A stretch of 64,000 nucleotides of DNA from Candidatus Bathyarchaeia archaeon (GCA_049969855.1 JBMFOB010000003.1:1-64000), one strand, 5' to 3'; counted from the first letter of the stretch, positions 49,710-59,606 are shown. The notes: generated from the sequence alone by a model not told the origin. Made by a program: numbers and translations.

Positions 49710-51086
49710 TCATGTTTTACTCCTTAACAATTTTGCGATAAAGAAACCATTACACTCATGCATGTGCGGATAAAGCCTCTGGCATTTTTCCATCCCCCTT
49801 AACCCTGGTAAACCAATTTTCGGCGTTATCTCTGCCAACGAAAAATCTGGATACCATTTTAGGAATTTTTCGATGAGCATTTCGTTTTCTTCTATTGTTA
49901 TGCTGCACGTGGAATAAATCAGTGTGCCGCCAGATTTCACTTTTTCAGCGCAGTTGCGCAGCATCTGCCATTGAATTTCAGCCATTTTATCAATTGAACG
50001 CCTTGTAAGTCTCCATTTGGCTGAGGGCAACTTGCCGAAGGCGCCTGTGCTTGTGCATGGCGGGTCCAAAATCACAATATCTGCTTCCGCAGAAAAGGGT
50101 AAGGGATTACAAGCGTCAGCAATTATTGGCACCGCAATTTTGACTCCCATGCGGGCTACTTCGCTTCTCCAAACTTCTAATCTTCGCCTTGAATAATCCA
50201 TGGAGTAAATGGAACCACGGTTCTGCATGAGCTGAGCCAAATAAGTGGTTTTGGCTCCAGGCGCTGCGCAAACGTCTAGAACTGTCATTTCTGGTTTTGG
50301 GTTTGCCGCTTCAGCTGCGAAACAGCTTGCTTTGTCCTGAATGTAAAATAAGCCTTCTCCAAAGCTTGTTGTGCTGGTTAAGGGTTGCTTTGTGTTTAAA
50401 ACCGTGTATGCATGTCTTAACCCTTCAACCTTTTCAACTTTAACGCCTTCTTTTGCGAGTTTTTCGAGAATTTCGTTTTCATCCGCCTTCAACGTGTTAA
50501 ACCTAATGTAAGTTGGCGGAGGCTGCATATTCGCTTCCAAAATTGTTATGGCTTCCTTTCTCCCGAACAATTTAAAACAGTATTTCACAAACCACGCAGG
50601 ATGAAAAGTTAAAAGTCCAATTTTCTCTTCGTCGCTTAAACCTTCAAAAATTGGCGCGGGCTTTTGCGTCAGTAAAAAGCCTAAAAACTGTTCGATTTTT
50701 CGCAGGGTTTTCCATCCGAGAATGGAGCGGGCGAGGCTTGCTATGTTTTCTGCTTCTTTAACATCAATTTTTGACCAGTTTTTGGCTATGCGGGTTTGGT
50801 AAATGTAAAGTCTCAAAAAGGCTTGAACGCCCAAATCGAATTCGCTTATGGTTTTCGGCTTTAAAATATTGTTTATGAAAGCGTCAATGAAGTTCCGCCG
50901 TCTAATGGTTTCGCATACCAGCATGTGCGCAAGCCTTACAGCATCAGCGTCACTTATGCCCAACTGCTTAACAGTTTTCGCCAATGCCAGACGCTCACTT
51001 AGTTTTTGCATCTCCATCCAGCTTAGGCTTTCAATGGCAAGCGTCCAGGCTTCTTTAAGCAATTCTATCCACAAATCCATAAACAA
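49710..51086 (-). CDS. RsmB/NOP2 family RNA m5C methyltransferase with NusB-like N-terminus
   Basis: IQDKAS; DVCAAPGAKT; DPPCTSTG; YSTCS. Confidence 0.92.
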   Translation of the reverse strand: MFMDLWIELLKEAWTLAIESLSWMEMQKLSERLALAKTVKQLGISDADAVRLAHMLVCETIRRRNFIDAFINNILKPKTISEFDLGVQAFLRLYIYQTRIAKNWSKIDVKEAENIASLARSILGWKTLRKIEQFLGFLLTQKPAPIFEGLSDEEKIGLLTFHPAWFVKYCFKLFGRKEAITILEANMQPPPTYIRFNTLKADENEILEKLAKEGVKVEKVEGLRHAYTVLNTKQPLTSTTSFGEGLFYIQDKASCFAAEAANPKPEMTVLDVCAAPGAKTTYLAQLMQNRGSIYSMDYSRRRLEVWRSEVARMGVKIAVPIIADACNPLPFSAEADIVILDPPCTSTGAFGKLPSAKWRLTRRSIDKMAEIQWQMLRNCAEKVKSGGTLIYSTCSITIEENEMLIEKFLKWYPDFSLAEITPKIGLPGLRGMEKCQRLYPHMHECNGFFIAKLLRSKT

Positions 51087-51267
51087 ATGCGTGAGACATA
51101 AATAAAATTAAAGGCGCTAGTTCGCCAGAAAACTAGAGAGGGTAGGTCCGTATTGGTTGCTTCCAAAGCCAAAAACAAGTCCTTTAAATATTAAATAATT
51201 CGAGGAATGCGATTAGTAAGAGATTTTAGGTTATACTGCTCATAAGGTTAGTTGGGTTAAGGGCTGA

Positions 51268-53949
51268 ATGGCGCAGAAACGTTTAGAAGATTTTGCCAAA
51301 ATACAAGCTGAAAGTTTAAAGGAAAAAGAAGCGGAAGCCCTACCCTTCATGGAAGCCATAACAAAAGAAAAACAAAAACGTGCCTATCCACCTTTAGCGC
51401 CTGAAAACTTGCCGCCTTCATATTTTATTTCTGCAACATATGATGGAAAAACTGGGAAAGCCCTAATCAAACTTTACGAGCCAGTTTCAAGCAAAATCTA
51501 TTTCTGGTACGACAACACCGGGCATAAGCCCTATTGCCTAACAAACCTTTCACCATTAGAGCTTGAAAAAATAAACCGTTTAATGCAACATCCAGGATTT
51601 GACCATTTTGAAATTGTTGACAAAATTGACCCCTTATTGGATAAGGCTGTGAAAGTGACAAAGATTGTGGCTAGAGACCCATTAGCCATCGGAGGACGCC
51701 CAAAAGGCTGCATAAGAGACATAATCCCAGAAGATTTCCCAATGGTGGCGGAAACCCCAATTTCCCCAGAGCAAATCAAGGTTTGGGAATCAAAAATAAA
51801 GTATTACCAATCCTACATTTATGATAGAAATCTTTTGCCTGGAATGATTTACGAAGTTAAAAATGGCAAACTAATTCTCAAAAATGTTGAAGAAGCAGAA
51901 AAAATGGTTAGACGAATAAAAGAAATTTTCAAGGAAGCCACAGCAGAGGAGCTACAACACATTGAAGAGTGGGCAAGACTTTTAGAGTATCCCGCCCCAA
52001 AATTTCTTTATGTAGCCCTTGACATAGAAGTTTACTCACCTGTTCCAACAAGGATGCCAGACCCAAGAGATGCTGCCTACCCAGTTGTCTGCGTATCCCT
52101 ATATGGCTCAGATGGACAGAAAAGAGTTTTACTCCTAAAAAGAGAGGGAACCCGCGAAGGAACAGAACGCTTGCCTGCTGACGTAACCCTTGAGTATTTT
52201 GACTCGGAAGCAAAGCTGATAAAAGCTGTTTTTGATGCGCTTTGGAGTTATCCCTTTGTGGTAACCTTCAATGGCGATGACTTTGACTTGCGCTATTTGG
52301 CGCATAGAGCCCTTAACCACGGCTTCAGAAGAGACGAAGTTCCAATAGAAGTTGGCAGACGCGTATGCCTATTAAAGTATGGCGTGCACATTGACCTTTA
52401 CAAGTTCTTCTTCAACCGTTCAATCCAAATCTACGCTTTCAACAACCGTTATCGGGATGTAACCCTTGACGATGTTGGAAAAGCCCTAATTGGGATGGAA
52501 AAGATTAAACTGGAAAAAAACTTGGGCGAATTAACCTACACGGAACTCGCCAAATACTGTTTCAGAGATGCGGAAATCACTTTTAAACTTGCAAGCTTCG
52601 AAGACGAGTTGGTTATGAAGCTAATTTTGGTTTTAGCCAGAATCAGCAGCATGCCAATGGAAGACGTAAGCCGCCAAGGAGTTTCCAGATGGATAAGAAA
52701 CTTCATGCACCGCGAACACAGAAAAAGAAACATGCTCATCCCAAACGCAGAAGAAATAATTGCCGCAAAAGGAAAAGCAACCACAAAAGCCATAATTAAA
52801 GGCAAAAAATACAAAGGCGCAATAGTTGTCGAACCAACTCCAGGCGTCCACTTTAACGTTTCAGTAATGGACTTCCCAAGTCTATACCCATCCATAATAA
52901 AAGTCTGGAACCTAGGCTACCAATCCATACTATGCAAACATCCAGAATGCCGCAGCAACATAATTCCAGACACACCTCACTGGGTTTGCACAAAAAAACA
53001 CGCCCTAGAAAGCCTCCTAATAGGCTCGCTCAGAGATTTGCGAGTTCAATGGTATAAACCAAAATCAAAAGACAAAACGTTACCAGCTGAAATTAGAAGT
53101 TGGTATAACATAATTCAAGGAGCTCTTAAAGTTATTTTGAACGCAAGCTATGGAGTTTTCGGAGCCGAAAGTTTCGACCTTTACTGTCCTCCAGTGGCAG
53201 AAGCAACAGCAGCCATCGCTAGGCATTCGCTAACCCAAATACTGAAGGAAGCGGAAGAGCTTAACATCCAAGTGCTTTACGGCGATACAGACAGCATATT
53301 CCTAAAAAATCCATCAAAAGAACAAATTGAAAAACTAGCCCAATGGACAGAAAAAGCGCTAAAAATGAGTTTAGACGTAGATAAAGTGTATAGATATGCC
53401 GTTTTCAGTTCAAGAAAGAAAAACTACTTGGGAGTTTTGGAAGACGGAACCGTTGACGTTAAGGGGTTAACTGGCAAGAAGAGGCACATACCCCTTTTCA
53501 TAAAAAAGGCTTTTGACAAAATGAAAGAACGCCTAGCCATTGTAAAAACACCAGCCGACTTTGAAAAGGCAAAAAAGGACATTTGCGAAATCATCCGCGA
53601 CTGCTACATGCGACTAAAAAGAAGAGAATGGGAAAACCTAAACGAACTTGCCTTCAACGTGGTTTTAGGCGAAGAACCAGAACACTACACAAAAACAACA
53701 CCCCAACACGTGAGAGCCGCAAGAATACTAAAAGAAGGCGGAATGGAACTGAAAGCAGGCGACCTAATAAGCTTCGTAAAAGTCGTCAAAGAACCCCACG
53801 TAAAACCAGTTGAATTAGCAACAAAAAACGAAATAGACGTAGACAAATACATCGCCTATCTCCATTCAACATTCGACCAAGTTTTAGACGCGTTAGGCTT
53901 AGACTTCGACGAAATAATAGGATTAACAAAACTGGAACGCTTCATGTAA
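51268..53949 (+). CDS. polB1: Family B DNA polymerase, crenarchaeal PolB1 type
   Basis: DNTGHKPY; exonuclease motifs DIEV, FNGDDFD, YCFRDA; DFPSLYPS; KVILNASYG; YGDTDS. Confidence 0.95.
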   Translation: MAQKRLEDFAKIQAESLKEKEAEALPFMEAITKEKQKRAYPPLAPENLPPSYFISATYDGKTGKALIKLYEPVSSKIYFWYDNTGHKPYCLTNLSPLELEKINRLMQHPGFDHFEIVDKIDPLLDKAVKVTKIVARDPLAIGGRPKGCIRDIIPEDFPMVAETPISPEQIKVWESKIKYYQSYIYDRNLLPGMIYEVKNGKLILKNVEEAEKMVRRIKEIFKEATAEELQHIEEWARLLEYPAPKFLYVALDIEVYSPVPTRMPDPRDAAYPVVCVSLYGSDGQKRVLLLKREGTREGTERLPADVTLEYFDSEAKLIKAVFDALWSYPFVVTFNGDDFDLRYLAHRALNHGFRRDEVPIEVGRRVCLLKYGVHIDLYKFFFNRSIQIYAFNNRYRDVTLDDVGKALIGMEKIKLEKNLGELTYTELAKYCFRDAEITFKLASFEDELVMKLILVLARISSMPMEDVSRQGVSRWIRNFMHREHRKRNMLIPNAEEIIAAKGKATTKAIIKGKKYKGAIVVEPTPGVHFNVSVMDFPSLYPSIIKVWNLGYQSILCKHPECRSNIIPDTPHWVCTKKHALESLLIGSLRDLRVQWYKPKSKDKTLPAEIRSWYNIIQGALKVILNASYGVFGAESFDLYCPPVAEATAAIARHSLTQILKEAEELNIQVLYGDTDSIFLKNPSKEQIEKLAQWTEKALKMSLDVDKVYRYAVFSSRKKNYLGVLEDGTVDVKGLTGKKRHIPLFIKKAFDKMKERLAIVKTPADFEKAKKDICEIIRDCYMRLKRREWENLNELAFNVVLGEEPEHYTKTTPQHVRAARILKEGGMELKAGDLISFVKVVKEPHVKPVELATKNEIDVDKYIAYLHSTFDQVLDALGLDFDEIIGLTKLERFM

Positions 53950-53963
53950 AAACTGCATAGCCT

Positions 53964-54467
53964 TTAACTCTGATTTTTTCTCAGCGTATCTTTCACTATG
54001 CCGCTTCGGCGTAAACTTTCTTCCAATGCAAAGCCTAAAATGTTTATTGCTACAATTGAACCGACGAAGATGCCAAACACTCCAAGTTCAACTGGAACGT
54101 CAAATATCAGCCATAGATAGCCACCAACAATCCCTGTTATAACCAGCGTTTCGACAAAACTTCCCAGAAACCTACGCACAAAATCTCCTCTGCCAACATA
54201 CCACGCCAAAGTACATGCCAAGAAGTTTGCAACAGTCCCCCCAACAACGTCGATAATGCCTAATCCTCCGTAAACATTTGCGACCAAACAGCCCAAACCG
54301 AATCCAATAGCGCTTGGCAACCCAAACATCATTGATAATGGCAGTAATGCATCAGCCACTCTTACTTGATAAATTCCAAAACTTATAGGCGCCAGAAGAA
54401 TCACACCAACTGCATAGAGTGCAGCAAAAATCGCTGCCAAAGTCAAATTTTTAGCGTCAAATTTCAC
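53964..54467 (-). CDS. queT: QueT family 7-deazaguanine precursor transporter (ECF S component)
   Basis: AAIFAALY; PISFGIYQVRVADAL; GCLVAN; GIIDVVGG; GTG start 6 nt downstream of GGAGGT. Confidence 0.88.
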   Translation of the reverse strand: MKFDAKNLTLAAIFAALYAVGVILLAPISFGIYQVRVADALLPLSMMFGLPSAIGFGLGCLVANVYGGLGIIDVVGGTVANFLACTLAWYVGRGDFVRRFLGSFVETLVITGIVGGYLWLIFDVPVELGVFGIFVGSIVAINILGFALEESLRRSGIVKDTLRKNQS

Positions 54468-54471
54468 ATTT

Positions 54472-54532
54472 TCACCTCCTACACCGGGGTTTTTATGGCG
54501 GAACGGGTGGAGGTCCACTCACCCGCCACACT
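54472..54532 (-). ncRNA. Candidate cis-regulatory RNA (preQ0/preQ1 riboswitch-like) in the queT leader
   Basis: GC-rich stem UGGCGG/CCGCCA, internal anti-SD ACCUCC, then UAAAAAC tail and SD GGAGGU. Confidence 0.55.
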
Positions 54533-54594
54533 TCTATCCACAAATTCTTAGGCTATTAATTTTACTGAAACAACTAATCAGCCAAAACATTTAC

Positions 54595-55071
54595 TTACTG
54601 TTTCTTCGCCTCAGTTTCAGCTTGAACCTCCACAGATTCTGCGGCTTCTGGGGATATTTTCACTGTTACATCTTCAACTGGAATTCCCTCTTTATGTGAA
54701 AAGAGCAAATCCTGAGGTGGCGGAGGAACATTAAGTATCGTAGATAGAAGATACATGGCTGTAAACGCTGTTTGATAAATTCTTTGAAAGACATATGGCA
54801 CTTTTGTTTCTGGATCAACCTCCAACATTTTATTTATCTCAGCATCTTTACCGCTTAATGTTGCCGTTCCTTCAACCTCAAACTTTACAAGGCTTGGCTT
54901 AGTCGTCAAAAAAAGTTTAAAATCTAAAATAACCATCTGGCTTTTGCGTTCTCTTTCCTCCAATTTTGCTTTAACATCAAAATTTACACTCTCAGCTCCG
55001 CTCTTAACATCTAACCGAACACCTACAAGACTGGTTATTTCTACTTTAACCGAAGCATTTGGAACATACAA
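54595..55071 (-). CDS. Conserved archaeal hypothetical protein, possibly SecB-like fold
   Basis: Four predicted beta strands, then a helix and a VPPPP tail. Confidence 0.65.
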   Translation of the reverse strand: MYVPNASVKVEITSLVGVRLDVKSGAESVNFDVKAKLEERERKSQMVILDFKLFLTTKPSLVKFEVEGTATLSGKDAEINKMLEVDPETKVPYVFQRIYQTAFTAMYLLSTILNVPPPPQDLLFSHKEGIPVEDVTVKISPEAAESVEVQAETEAKKQ

Positions 55072-55202
55072 TGTTGGACAAATAATGGATTCCCCACATT
55101 AAACAGTTATAGCCAGTTGCTTCTCTAACCCTCCGTAGTAAGCCTCACAAAAAACTGATTTTTGCCTTTTGTGTGTCACAAAACATACACACAACATAAC
55201 GG

Positions 55203-56063
55203 CTACGAAAACCAATAAAACAACAAAGCAGCAGAAGTAGAAGCCGCCATTAAAAGCGAAATTGCCACAACCACTTGTCGCTCCGTCAAACGCCTATGAT
55301 AAGTAATAAGGGTAACAAGACTTCTTCTATTATCAGAAAAAAGTTTTTCCCCATCAAAAGAAACGCGAGCTTTGGCTCTAAAAAAGAAGTAATTCAACAA
55401 AATCAACGAAGAATTAAAAACGTAAGGCAGAATAGAAATAAGCAAAACAGATTTTAAATCCGAAATTATGGCAAACGCTGCCAATGTTATCCCAATAGCG
55501 AAAGACCCAGTATTTCCAACGAAAATTCTGCCCTGAAAATTAAAAAAGCACAGCAAAAGCCAAACGATTAAGGGAACAAGCAAAAGGACAGCATGCGCTC
55601 CTGAAATAGCCATCAACCCCATTATCACTATTGCTGGCGGAATCGTCTCTAAACCATTCAACCCGCCAAGCTGATTCACAGTATTAGTAGTCACAGTTAC
55701 AATTAACGGAATAACTATGAAATAATATGAAAGCCCAAAATCCACAGACCCGAAAATGGGAAAAGTTATAGCTGTACGTAGCCCAAGCCGTGTCGCCAAT
55801 GAAACAAGCGGTATAGACGCTATAATGGGAAAGAAAGCTTTATAACGCCACCGCAAATCCATCCAGTCGTCAAGTAAACCCATAAAACCTCCAAACAAAA
55901 TGCAAACAGCCAAAGTCAAAGCAGAAGAAACATTATCGGTTGAAGACCGAAAATATTCAAGAATGAAAAGATACAACGCACTAGCCAAGACATAGATTAC
56001 GCCTAAACCATTTGGAACTAAAGGATTGTTTGGCTTATGCTGATCTGGAACCTTTGGGAACAA
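55203..56063 (-). CDS. aglH: UDP-GlcNAc:dolichyl-phosphate GlcNAc-1-phosphotransferase (MraY/GPT family)
   Basis: D.HKP...VP..LG; GLLDDW; NTVN..GGLNGL; IFVGNTG; directly downstream of aglB. Confidence 0.8.
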   Translation of the reverse strand: MFPKVPDQHKPNNPLVPNGLGVIYVLASALYLFILEYFRSSTDNVSSALTLAVCILFGGFMGLLDDWMDLRWRYKAFFPIIASIPLVSLATRLGLRTAITFPIFGSVDFGLSYYFIVIPLIVTVTTNTVNQLGGLNGLETIPPAIVIMGLMAISGAHAVLLLVPLIVWLLLCFFNFQGRIFVGNTGSFAIGITLAAFAIISDLKSVLLISILPYVFNSSLILLNYFFFRAKARVSFDGEKLFSDNRRSLVTLITYHRRLTERQVVVAISLLMAASTSAALLFYWFS

Positions 56064-56078
56064 TGGCTTACCTTCCTT

Positions 56079-58343
56079 CTATTCTGGATATTCAATACGA
56101 TAGAGACAAACCAACGGAATGATTCCACCATAATTACTACTAGCATCCGACGGAGTAAGTGTTAGTCCAGAAATAAATTCCGGCACAAAATATTGCGGTT
56201 CAACGCCAGCTTCGTCTGGGCTTATTTGATTTTGGCTGCACCATAACTGTTTAGCCCAACTCATTAATTTGTATATGGTGGTGCTCTTCCCAATGTCATT
56301 CCACTCCCACCTATTAGTTTGATTGTTATAGCTCCCAAACATCGTCTCGTTAGTCCAAGCTGAGTTTTCGTCAAGAAAATGATATTTGTATATGAAGTCG
56401 TCTCGTGCCTGTCCAGAGATTCTAGCCATCCACATCCACTTTCCTTCATCACCATATCCAGCCCACGTCGCATAATACGAACCGCCAGATTGAGATTGCC
56501 CTAATCCAAGCGTTGTGAAAACTAGGATGTACTTTGCATCGTAAAGCTTCAGCATTTTCAATGCTTGGGTTTCGTTAGCCATGAATATGAAGCCTATATT
56601 CTCTATTTGCGTAGCATTTATTGTTGCGTTATCCGCAAGCGATGTAACATTGCCAAGAATTGACAGCCAATATCCGTAGTCCCACCATGCACAAACAACT
56701 TTTTCACCTATTGGCTTAGGTCCCAAGTTGCTTCTCAACCAGTTCAGCATATCTAACCACTCTTTAACAGGCTGGTTAGGTGATATTGGAAGACTGCCTG
56801 CTGAAATCGTAGTTGGCGCATATGCTTGTCTATAAACCCTTGGCACACCCCCTGATTGTGGCGAAAAAGCAAAGTTCGCCATCAAAATTAGGAATATTAA
56901 GAAGATTGCTGTTCCGCTGAATTCTTTTCCAACATGTTCTAAGCCATACTTCTTCTTTGTAATTAATTTTGGCGGTTCTTTCAGCACTGTGTAAAAGGGC
57001 TTTAGAACACCAATTATGCCACTGGATGCTACAAGGCCAAAGGCTGGAGCCATAAGCACAAATAACCGCACCATAGAACATGCAAAGTAAAGCGATGTTA
57101 TACCGAAAACTATCATAAACAAGTTTTTATTGGTTGGATTCCTCAACAGGAAATACAAACCAGCTAGGAAGAATATTATTCCTATGCCAAACTCATAGTA
57201 TATGGAACCCCAAGCCGAAATTCTATGTTCAGCCACGGACTCTACAAGCGGTTCCTCCGCCCTCGCAAATGGATTAATTACAGCAAAGAATTTGCCAAGG
57301 CTCCCAAGACGCTCAAAATGCCACAAAACAACAAATCCGCCTATTAACAAACAAATGAAAACAATAGCAAACACCATCTTCATCTTAGTCGATGATATAT
57401 TACGTAGAATTTCGACAAGACATAATAGAACGAAAAATCCTGCAACTAACATTATAACTGAGCCTGTCAGGTATCCTAAGGAGAGATATGGAGTGCTTAC
57501 CGCCATAAATAAGCCTGTTCCAAAGGTTATGGCATAAGATAAAAAGAGACGCTGTGTATATCGCATCATCAAAATTAGGATGAAAACGAAAAGTATCGTT
57601 AACCCAATCGGATAAAGTGCTGCACCCCACGCGCAAATGAAATATCCTAAAGCTAATCCAGAGCCAATTGCATATTTTAAAGTTGAACTAAGCGGTCTTT
57701 CATCTTCAATTGACCTTAAAAACATATACGTAAACAAAAGCAAGGCAACTATGCCCACTGTCTCATCATCGAAAAAGCCTAGGGAAGTTCTCTGAATATA
57801 GGATGGACTTAAAGCCAGAAAAAGAGCTGCAAGAAATCCAGTTGGAGCACCTCCAATGTCTTTACCGATAAAATAAATTATTAAACATGCCAGAGTTCCC
57901 AGAATTGCTGGGAAAAGGGCGCAGAAGCTCATTACGTCAATGTTTACGCCCAACATAGAGATTATGTCATATAGAAAAGCTGCAGTCATTGGTAATGAAG
58001 GATAGGACATTCTCATGTTTATTCCATCGGGGTACCATCGTTGATGATCAACCCATCCCGGAGGCATGTAAGGTGAAAATAAGCCATTTTTCACCATGTA
58101 ATTTGTAAGACTATAATAATAGTAGGGGTCAAATTCTGAAAGGAGTAAAGTGTTTTTTCCTTCTGTTATTTCCCAACGCAAAGGTAAGATGCGGATTGTG
58201 AAGGCAACAAATAATATGAGAAGCAAAATTGAAAGACTTATCATTGAACCGTGGCTAATCTTGACGCGTAGTTTCCCCAAATTTTTTATTCCGTTTCTGA
58301 TGCCTTCTTTTGATATGGCTTTGCGGATGTCCATTAAGTTCAT
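56079..58343 (-). CDS. aglB: Oligosaccharyltransferase AglB/STT3
   Basis: EFDPY; GFFDDE; SVAEH; WWDYG; DNAT; DEGKWMWM. Confidence 0.95.
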   Translation of the reverse strand: MNLMDIRKAISKEGIRNGIKNLGKLRVKISHGSMISLSILLLILFVAFTIRILPLRWEITEGKNTLLLSEFDPYYYYSLTNYMVKNGLFSPYMPPGWVDHQRWYPDGINMRMSYPSLPMTAAFLYDIISMLGVNIDVMSFCALFPAILGTLACLIIYFIGKDIGGAPTGFLAALFLALSPSYIQRTSLGFFDDETVGIVALLLFTYMFLRSIEDERPLSSTLKYAIGSGLALGYFICAWGAALYPIGLTILFVFILILMMRYTQRLFLSYAITFGTGLFMAVSTPYLSLGYLTGSVIMLVAGFFVLLCLVEILRNISSTKMKMVFAIVFICLLIGGFVVLWHFERLGSLGKFFAVINPFARAEEPLVESVAEHRISAWGSIYYEFGIGIIFFLAGLYFLLRNPTNKNLFMIVFGITSLYFACSMVRLFVLMAPAFGLVASSGIIGVLKPFYTVLKEPPKLITKKKYGLEHVGKEFSGTAIFLIFLILMANFAFSPQSGGVPRVYRQAYAPTTISAGSLPISPNQPVKEWLDMLNWLRSNLGPKPIGEKVVCAWWDYGYWLSILGNVTSLADNATINATQIENIGFIFMANETQALKMLKLYDAKYILVFTTLGLGQSQSGGSYYATWAGYGDEGKWMWMARISGQARDDFIYKYHFLDENSAWTNETMFGSYNNQTNRWEWNDIGKSTTIYKLMSWAKQLWCSQNQISPDEAGVEPQYFVPEFISGLTLTPSDASSNYGGIIPLVCLYRIEYPE

Positions 58344-58454
58344 CTCTCCTACAGAGATTATTGACGTGTTTTATTATTCTTACGGTTGATAAAGCTTCAT
58401 AGACCAGAATCACTCGTATATACCTTTCCCAATTCTTCCGTAGCCATTGCAGTT

Positions 58455-59606
58455 TTAAACCAAAGCTTCACGTTTATACCCGTATTTATTTGCGTCGTAA
58501 AATGGAAAACCAACAATCTTTGCTTTAGCCATTTTGCCACGTATCTTCACATTTACAATGTTCCCTTCTTGAGCGCTTGACATATCCACATAAGCCATAC
58601 CTATTCCGCATTTAAGCAAAGGCGAAAATGTCCCACTCGTCACCTGCCCAATTTTTTGGTATCTGTCGTTGTACACTTCAAATTTTGGTCTCGGTATGCC
58701 TTGCTCAACCATAAGCAAGCCTACACGCTTGCGTTTGATTCCTTCAGTTTTCTGTTTCAGCAACATCTCTTTCCCTATAAAATTATCTTTCTGAAACTTC
58801 ACTACAAAACCCAACGCCGCTTCCAATGGGGTTGTGCTCTCATCAATGTCGTTTCCGTAAAGGCACATTCCAGCTTCAAGCCTTAAAGTGTCTCTTGCAC
58901 CTAATCCGCAGGGTTCAATTCCGAAGGGTTTGCCAGCTTCTAAGATTGCATTCCACACTTTTACTGCATTGTCTGGGTTGGATAGTGGGGTGTTCCATAT
59001 GAAAACTTCGAATCCATCCTCGCCTGTATATCCTGTTCTGGAGAGGAGGGCGTCAATGTTTGCTAAACGTGAAGGTGCACATTTGAAGCGTTCAATCTTG
59101 CTTAAATCATCTGAGGAAATTTTTTGCAGAGTTTTTTCAGCGTTTGGACCTTGAACTGCCAGCATTGCAACATTATCTGAAACTTCTTCGATGCGAACGT
59201 TGAAGCCTTTAGCGTTTTTAACCAGCCAATTATAGTCTTTTTCTCTGTTGGCTGCGTTGGCAACAAACATGAATTTCTCCTTTTCTAAGCGGTAATATAC
59301 GAAATCGTCTATTATGCCACCTTTCTCGTTGCACATCACAGAGTATTGGGCGCTGTTTGGTGGCAGTTTAGAAACATCGTTTGTTACTACATAGTTTAGG
59401 AAACGCTCTGAATCGGCGCCTGTGATTATTATTCGTCCCATGTGGGAAATATCGAAAATGCCTACGCTATTCCGCACAGCTAAATGTTCTGGTATTACGC
59501 CTTTATACCATAGTGGCATTTCAAAACCAGCAAAAACCGTGAGTTTAGCCTTTTTTTGATGCACTTCGTAAAGCTGAGTTCTGCGATTTTTCTCCGTTGA
59601 AATCAC
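58455..59606 (-). CDS. gcvT: Glycine cleavage system aminomethyltransferase T
   Basis: FAGFEMP; FDISHMG; SRTGYTGEDGFE; GLGARDTLRLEAG. Confidence 0.95.
   Translation of the reverse strand: MISTEKNRRTQLYEVHQKKAKLTVFAGFEMPLWYKGVIPEHLAVRNSVGIFDISHMGRIIITGADSERFLNYVVTNDVSKLPPNSAQYSVMCNEKGGIIDDFVYYRLEKEKFMFVANAANREKDYNWLVKNAKGFNVRIEEVSDNVAMLAVQGPNAEKTLQKISSDDLSKIERFKCAPSRLANIDALLSRTGYTGEDGFEVFIWNTPLSNPDNAVKVWNAILEAGKPFGIEPCGLGARDTLRLEAGMCLYGNDIDESTTPLEAALGFVVKFQKDNFIGKEMLLKQKTEGIKRKRVGLLMVEQGIPRPKFEVYNDRYQKIGQVTSGTFSPLLKCGIGMAYVDMSSAQEGNIVNVKIRGKMAKAKIVGFPFYDANKYGYKREALV

Noticed and set aside
51116-51172. Two small hairpins between the methyltransferase and polB1 (CTAGTT/AACTAG; TTGGTT/AGCCAA)
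   Set aside because: Six-bp stems are expected by chance; no recognisable RNA family
54468-54518. N-terminal extension of QueT in the ORF track (MDLHPFRHKNPGVGGEN)
   Set aside because: A strong GGAGGTG SD supports GTG at 54467; the extension is the structured leader
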